Assembly: GCA_021325135.1 (NCBI GenBank)
Contig: JAJPHT010000022.1
Coordinates: forward strand, 41,570 to 105,569
Direction of reading: 5' to 3'
DNA length: 64,000 bases
Origin: Pseudomonadota bacterium
GTDB taxonomy: Archaea > Thermoplasmatota > SW-10-69-26 > JACQPN01 > JAJPHT01
Shown: positions 58,762-64,000 of the stretch, one piece after another
Numbering within the stretch: position 1 is the first letter of the stretch
Layout: each line of letters starts with the position of its first letter
Program-made: the position numbers and the translations under genes
The notes under the pieces: model-generated
Database searches by the model: none
Told to the model about the DNA's origin: nothing
Seen by the model: the letters and a program-made list of their open reading frames with translations, nothing else

Positions 58762-59226
58762 TCAGGGAGACGTGGCCCGCTCGATGAGCGTCCGCACCAC
58801 GATGTTGGTCGTGGTCCGGCGCACGCCTTCCAGCGGCTCCAGGCTTCTCAGCAGGAGGCGTTCGAGGCCGCGGATGTCCGTGGTGCGGACCTTGACCAGG
58901 AGGTCGTCCTCGCCGGTGATGGCGTGGACCTCCAGGACGTCAGGGTCCTTGCGAAGCTGCTCCGCCACGGCCTCCGTCCGCGGCGTGTCCCCCTTGCGGC
59001 CCCCTTCGAGGCCGATGCTGACGTAGGCCGTGAGCGTGCGGCCCACCTTCTCGGGGTCCAGCTCCGCGTGGTAGCCGCGGATGTACCCCTCCTTCTCCAG
59101 GCGCTGCACGCGGGCGTGGACGCTGGGCGCGCCGAGGTCCACCGACTCGCCCAGGCTGCGGTAGGAGCGGCGCGCGTCCTCCTGGAGGAGGCGCAGCAGC
59201 TTGCGGTCGGTGGCGTCCAGGGTCAT
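58762..59226 (-). CDS. Lrp/AsnC family transcriptional regulator
   Basis: LD..D..LL.LLQ.DAR, V..RV.RL...G.I.GY, ITGEDD. Confidence 0.93.
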   Translation of the reverse strand: MTLDATDRKLLRLLQEDARRSYRSLGESVDLGAPSVHARVQRLEKEGYIRGYHAELDPEKVGRTLTAYVSIGLEGGRKGDTPRTEAVAEQLRKDPDVLEVHAITGEDDLLVKVRTTDIRGLERLLLRSLEPLEGVRRTTTNIVVRTLIERATSP

Positions 59227-59719
59227 GCGCGGCCCCAGCACGCGGCCCGCGCATCAACCTGCCTCAAGAGCCGAACGAACCGCGAGAGAGGGGGTCTGCT
59301 GGAGGGCTCCCGTTCGCCGGAGGGCCCGACGCAGGAGCGGAACGTCCGGCGAGGGGCCTCCCGGGAGGGGTCTCATTTGGTGGGGTGATCCTTCTGCGTT
59401 CGCCGAGGGGGCGGATTTTGTATGCGGGAACGAACGAACGCATGCTGATGGGGCTTCGGACGTGCGATGCGTTCGGCATGAGGGCCCACCACATTGATAT
59501 CGGGGGTGCGCTTCCTGCCGCTTGCGCACGCCCACGCCGTGGGCGGAGCCCCCTCGCGCCGGGCGGCAGCAACAGCCTCCCAACACTCCCAACAGCCTCC
59601 AACTCGCCCGGCGCGCGGGACGTTTTCTCCAACACCCTCTTCCCAGCGCAGCCCAAGGGCCCGCCGAGCCGCAGCTCGAAGAAGGGAATCCAGAAGGGGT
59701 TTGCCCCAGGAGCCGAGGA

Positions 59720-59792
59720 TGCTCCCGGCGGGATTTGAACCCGCGTCGGAAGCTCGAGAGGCTTCCATCCTTGGCCACTAGACTACAGGAGC
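59720..59792 (-). tRNA. tRNA-Glu (anticodon CUC), no intron, CCA not encoded
   Basis: Acceptor GCTCCTG/CGGGAGC; anticodon arm GAAGC-CTCTCGA-GCTTC; GGTTCAAATCC. Confidence 0.96.
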
Positions 59793-59923
59793 AGGACGCT
59801 CCTGGGGCACGCCCACAATCAAGTTCCCCCATATGTACCTTCCGTAGGCTGGGGGCGTTGACTTTCGATCGCATTCGACTTCGAAACCATCATGTCAACC
59901 GAGCGCCCACCCCCACCCACGGG

Positions 59924-60169
59924 ATGCACATGCGACCATACCACTACGGTGAATACACCCTCTACAACCGCGACGTCGTGCTGAAGAACGACAACGGCAC
60001 GCAGAGGATCTACTTCTTCGCGAAGAACACGCCCAAGAGCGGGTCCCCCTCGCCGCTGCCCACCGGCTACCGCGTCGAGGTCTCCAACCGCACCGGCATG
60101 CCCTACATCAAGAAGGACCCCGAGTCCGTCGGGGCCCAGGGCGGCTGGCTTCGCCGCCTCTTCAACTGA
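59924..60169 (+). CDS. Small conserved basic protein of unknown function
   Basis: Y.LY..DV.L......IYFFAK.......LP.GY.V....RTG.P..KK pattern; strong codon bias. Confidence 0.75.
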   Translation: MHMRPYHYGEYTLYNRDVVLKNDNGTQRIYFFAKNTPKSGSPSPLPTGYRVEVSNRTGMPYIKKDPESVGAQGGWLRRLFN

Positions 60170-60309
60170 GCCTCCGTGCTCCCGGCCGGGCGCCTCCAGC
60201 CCGGCCCCCTCTTCCCGACCTGTTCTCGCATCCCCTTTCTGTGTCACGACCCCGGGTTGCACAACGGAGAAATAGACTCGTTCCGTTTGGGCCGCCGGGA
60301 GGTCTTGTC

Positions 60310-61092
60310 ATGACCAAGCTTACGATTGCCCTTCTGGTCGGCACCCTGATCCTCGGCGGCCTCCACGTCGCCGCCGCGGACGAGTCGAAGGCCGACTGCG
60401 AGAAGAACGTCGAGTGGTACGACGCCAACGGCGTCAAGCACGACGACCCGCAGCCCTGGGCCGGCTACAAGGACACCGACCCCGTGCGCAGCCTGTTCTA
60501 CCAGGCCGACGCCTCCGAGGGCAACCCCGTCTACTTCAACAACTGCGAGGGCGAGCAGTGGGACGGCCAGGACTCCGTGAGCACCTACCACGCCACGGAC
60601 GACCCCTGCCAGCCCGACGTGAACCCGGACGCGACGCACCCCGCCGTCGTCCAGTGCATGGGCGTCGACCCCAACACCGGCAGCTCCAACCCCCTGGGCG
60701 GCGCGACGATCCCCGTCCGCCTCCGCCTCACGGGCGACAACGAGGGCTCCACCAGCCAGCAGTACTACCTCGGCGTCCAGATCGGCGCCGTGGGCTGGGC
60801 CGTCATCTACCTGGGCGAGTGCAACGGCGGCTCGGGCCTCGAGGGCGAGGCCAGCTGCGAGCACGGCCACGACGCGCGCGAGGGCGTCTACCTCCGCGAC
60901 GACTCGCCTGGCAACCCCCTGGCGACCGTCGTCTCCTCGCTGGGCCTCACCAAGGGCTACGTGTCCGAGGGCGACTGCTCCGAGGCGACCTACATGAAGG
61001 GCGCCGAGGAGGGCAACCGCCGCGAGTGCGGCCGCGACAACACGGCCCTCGGCGCCGACGAAGGCACCGACGCGCTCAACGCGCTGGCCTGA
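60310..61092 (+). CDS. Secreted acidic Cys-rich protein
   Basis: Signal peptide; 8 Cys; strong codon bias. Confidence 0.8.
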   Translation: MTKLTIALLVGTLILGGLHVAAADESKADCEKNVEWYDANGVKHDDPQPWAGYKDTDPVRSLFYQADASEGNPVYFNNCEGEQWDGQDSVSTYHATDDPCQPDVNPDATHPAVVQCMGVDPNTGSSNPLGGATIPVRLRLTGDNEGSTSQQYYLGVQIGAVGWAVIYLGECNGGSGLEGEASCEHGHDAREGVYLRDDSPGNPLATVVSSLGLTKGYVSEGDCSEATYMKGAEEGNRRECGRDNTALGADEGTDALNALA

Positions 61093-61101
61093 TTGGACCC
61101 C

Positions 61102-61150
61102 CGGGCCCGCGAAGGGCCCTTCTTTTCTTTCCATCTCTCTTTCTTCGTTT
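61102..61150 (+). terminator. Putative terminator
   Basis: gggccc-gcgaa-gggccc hairpin followed by long pyrimidine tract. Confidence 0.5.
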
Positions 61151-61269
61151 GCCCTGCCATCGTCCTCGCTGGGGGCGGAGCCCCCAGCGACCACGGACCG
61201 AAGAGGGCCGAACCGCAACGTCGACCCTCACCTCAAAGGCCATGCGTCGGCGGGCGGGTCCGCAGGCGC

Positions 61270-61518
61270 ATGCCCATCGAGCTGCCCAAGGAGACGCGCC
61301 TGCGCCTGCTGGAGTCCATCAAGCGGTTCTCCTCGGAGCACCTGGAGCAGGAGATCGGCGATCTCAAGGCGACGCTCGTCCTGGACTTCTGCCTCCAGGA
61401 GATCGGTCCCAGCGTCTACAACCAGGCGGTGGGCGACGCGCAGCGCCACCTCGTCGATCGCGTGGAGGAGATGGGCGGCGCGGTCCACCAGCAGGAGTTC
61501 GCCTACTGGAGGCGGTGA
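61270..61518 (+). CDS. DUF2164-family protein
   Basis: IEL......SIKRF......EIG.L.A...LDF...EIGP..YNQAV.DAQ. Confidence 0.85.
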   Translation: MPIELPKETRLRLLESIKRFSSEHLEQEIGDLKATLVLDFCLQEIGPSVYNQAVGDAQRHLVDRVEEMGGAVHQQEFAYWRR

Positions 61519-61578
61519 GGGGAGGGCAACGCTTTCCTGCCTTCGCGGCGTGCCAGGACCAAGGAGCGGCGTGATCCC

Positions 61579-62007
61579 GTGCTGGGCATGAAGACGTATC
61601 CCAAGGAGTACATCGCGGCGTGCCGCGCGAGGGTGGAGGACAACCTGCGCGCGTACCGCAAGCAGGTGGGCAAGGAGCCCTCCCCCGAGTTCGAGTCGCG
61701 CTACTTCAACGACCAGGTGCTCCTGCTGGACCACATGTTCGTGCACCGGCTCTCGGGCGTCGAGGGCAAGGACGGCAACCCGTTGAACGAGGTGCGCGTG
61801 ATCGTCAACTCGCTCCTGCTCAACAGCGGGAAGCTCCAGGTGGAGAAGCTCCCCGAGTGGCCCAACTCCGCCGTCTCGGGGCTGAAGCTCCCGCCGGAGA
61901 AGTCCCTCCTCAAGCTCAAGCCGGGCGACGAGATCAGGCTCACCGAGGCCGACTTCGTGAAGCTCTCCAAGGCCTTCTTCGCCGAGATCGAGAAGAAGTA
62001 CGGCTGA
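61579..62007 (+). CDS. Hypothetical protein
   Basis: 142-aa ORF with strong codon bias, apparently operonic. Confidence 0.8.
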   Translation: MLGMKTYPKEYIAACRARVEDNLRAYRKQVGKEPSPEFESRYFNDQVLLLDHMFVHRLSGVEGKDGNPLNEVRVIVNSLLLNSGKLQVEKLPEWPNSAVSGLKLPPEKSLLKLKPGDEIRLTEADFVKLSKAFFAEIEKKYG

Positions 62008-62022
62008 CGCAGGAGGAACGCC

Positions 62023-62484
62023 ATGATCGTGGAAGCGCAGGTCACCATCAAGGGGTCCAAGGCGGCGGTCTGGGCCGCCATCGCCCGCATCGAGGACGCC
62101 GCGGAGATCCTCAGCGGGGTCGAGAGCATCGAGGTCCTGGAGAAGCCGGCCAACGGCCTCGTGGGGCTGAGGTGGCGGGAGACCCGCATGTATTTCGGGA
62201 AGCCCGCCACCGTGGAGAAGCGGGTCACCGATGCCGCCGAGAACGAGTTCTACAAGACCCGGGCGGAAAGCGACGGGTTCCTGTTCCTCTCCACCCTTAG
62301 CATCTCCGAGGACGGTCGCAGCGTCACCTTGACCAGCTCCCACGAGACGAAGCCCCAAAGCTTCCTCGCAAGGCTGCGGGCGAGCCCCATGTTCCTGTTC
62401 AAGGGCGTCATCAGGAAGGCCCTCCTGCAGGACCTCAACGACGTCAAGTCCGCCGTGGAGCGGGGATCGCCGCCCGCGGCTTGA
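62023..62484 (+). CDS. SRPBCC/START-like protein
   Basis: VW..I..., G.RWRETR..FGK, terminal DL.D.K..VE helix; aggagg RBS. Confidence 0.85.
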   Translation: MIVEAQVTIKGSKAAVWAAIARIEDAAEILSGVESIEVLEKPANGLVGLRWRETRMYFGKPATVEKRVTDAAENEFYKTRAESDGFLFLSTLSISEDGRSVTLTSSHETKPQSFLARLRASPMFLFKGVIRKALLQDLNDVKSAVERGSPPAA

Positions 62485-62840
62485 CGGACGCGCGTTGCCA
62501 GAACCGTCGAGTCCCCCCTCCCAGATTTGAACCGGGGACATCCTGATGTCTGCCACGAGACGCCAGTCGGGTGCTCACCCGAAGACTGTGAGTATGACTA
62601 CAGTCAGGCACTCTAGCCAGGCTGAGTTAAGGGGGGCGAATGACCCCGAGCAGGAAGGATCCCACCCCAGGGGGCGGGGCGCCTATCCCCGACGCCCTAT
62701 TTCAGGGTTTGGCGGCCTCGCGCGCGCGGCCGCGATCTTTTTTCGCCGGCTGTCGGCCTGGGCGAACAGGAGCGCATCGCGCGTTTTCCGGCCGCCGCGC
62801 AGCCGCAGGACCGCACCATTGGCCCGGCCCCCGCGCGCCT

Positions 62841-63139
62841 GTCTGACGCCCCATCGCGGCCGACAAAGGAGGGCCACGGGTGCGTTGTCTGACGGGTCCG
62901 ATCGGGGGGCAGGGGCCTCGGCGCGGGATCGTACATGTTCCGGAATCCTTGCACATGCACACTTGCGGGCGGTGGATGGGTCCCAGCCTGGAGGGCGGGC
63001 CCGAACCGAGCAAGCCCCCCAAAACGACAGATTCTAATAGGCCCACCTCGGATCAGGGTGTCGGACAAGCGTCAGACAAACGCTGCCTGATGGCAGCCGG
63101 TGAGACGCCCTTCGGGCGCTCAACGGGCTGCGGTCGGAC
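62841..63139. promoter_or_regulatory. Array of five GTCnGAC palindromes upstream of cdrS-ftsZ2 (putative operator)
   Basis: Sites at 62841, 62887, 63060, 63071 and 63133. Confidence 0.45.
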
Positions 63140-63175
63140 GGCTGCTGGACGGCCCCTGTCTGCGAGACGGACCCC

Positions 63176-63451
63176 ATGCCTGTCGAGACCGAGCGCGTGA
63201 CCCTTCGCCTGCCGGTGCAGGACCTCCAGGACCTGGACATGCTGATCCAGGCCGGGGCGTTCATGAACCGCAGCGACGCGATCCGCGCCGCGATCAAGGA
63301 CTTCGTGAGCCGCCGGGCCCCCGAGGTCAAGCAGAGCCTCGACGCGCGCAAGACGCTCATGGAATCCGTCAGCCAGCACCAGCAGCTCAAGGAGCTGGCG
63401 GAGCAGCTCAAGCAGCAGCAGGAGATCATCCAGAAGCTCATGCAGAAATGA
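63176..63451 (+). CDS. cdrS: Ribbon-helix-helix regulator, CdrS-like
   Basis: ERVTLRLP...LD.L...[10 protein letters not shown]; directly upstream of ftsZ2. Confidence 0.85.
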   Translation: MPVETERVTLRLPVQDLQDLDMLIQAGAFMNRSDAIRAAIKDFVSRRAPEVKQSLDARKTLMESVSQHQQLKELAEQLKQQQEIIQKLMQK

Positions 63452-63614
63452 GTCGGGCGCTTGGGGAACCACTGGCTCGGGGGGGCGACTCTCCGAGGGA
63501 CGGGATGCACAAGGTTCTCCCGCAAGGGATAGCGGGAGCGCTACGGGGTGAGCGAACCCCTCCGCATGTGCGGCGGGGGACCCCGAACAACAGCCAGGAC
63601 CAAGGAGTGATGGG

Positions 63615-64000
63615 ATGCAATCGATCATCGCAAGCGCCATGAAGTTCAGCGGGGGAGACGCCCCCGCCGGGAACACCGGAGCCCAGGCCCAGGACGAGGA
63701 GTTCGAGGCCTTCGGCGAGCCCCGCATCGTCATCGTCGGATGCGGCGGCGCCGGCAACAACACGATCAACCGCCTCCACAAGCTCGGCGTGAAGGGCGCG
63801 GAGACCATCGCGATCAACACCGACAAGGTGCACCTCGACATCATCGAGGCCGACAAGAAGCTCCTCATCGGCAAGTCGATCACGCGCGGCCTCGGCGCCG
63901 GCGGCTACCCCGAGGTGGCCGAGCGCTGCGCCGAGATGGCCCAGCCCGCCCTCGAGGAGCTCCTCGAAGGCGCGGACCTCGTCTTCGTCACCGCGGGCAT
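63615..64000 (+). CDS. ftsZ: Cell division protein FtsZ (FtsZ2-type), 3' truncated by window end
   Basis: [47 protein letters not shown]. Confidence 0.95.
   Translation, partial: MQSIIASAMKFSGGDAPAGNTGAQAQDEEFEAFGEPRIVIVGCGGAGNNTINRLHKLGVKGAETIAINTDKVHLDIIEADKKLLIGKSITRGLGAGGYPEVAERCAEMAQPALEELLEGADLVFVTAG

Noticed and set aside
40387-59792. Pilus locus as a tRNA-integrated genomic island
   Set aside because: No integrase, no convincing duplicated tRNA 3' end, and codon usage like the core genes

Overview
GC-rich archaeal chromosomal window, most likely an uncultured Thermoplasmatota-type euryarchaeote (inferred from S8e, SRP19, Lsm, type II MAP, aMBF1, PAN, Top6A/B, the cdrS-ftsZ2 pair and PGF-CTERM-type sorting signals). 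The left part holds a 5'-truncated S-layer-like glycoprotein, housekeeping genes, secreted hydrolases and lipoproteins, a small glycosylation cluster, crcB-DUF190, a copper-radical oxidase and glutamate dehydrogenase. Between tRNA-Arg(UCU) and tRNA-Glu(CUC) lies an ~18-kb type IV pilus-like locus. It encodes a Walker-degenerate KaiC/ArlH-like protein, six pilin-like proteins with mostly acidic or atypical class III signal peptides, an assembly ATPase and two TadC/ArlJ-like proteins, one fused to a large polytopic membrane domain. One pilin is a ~1690-aa adhesin with FG-GAP and Asp-box repeats nested inside a pilin scaffold. The main non-coding signal is a ~150-nt REPIN/MITE-like double-hairpin element present four times, with covarying stems; one copy separates a pilin from its apparent start codon. 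Also seen: two candidate structured ncRNAs, two gene-3'-end duplications, an in-frame amber-interrupted paralog, and a GTCnGAC array upstream of cdrS-ftsZ2. No CRISPR array, rRNA, integrase or transposase was seen. All family assignments are by motif recognition, not database search.
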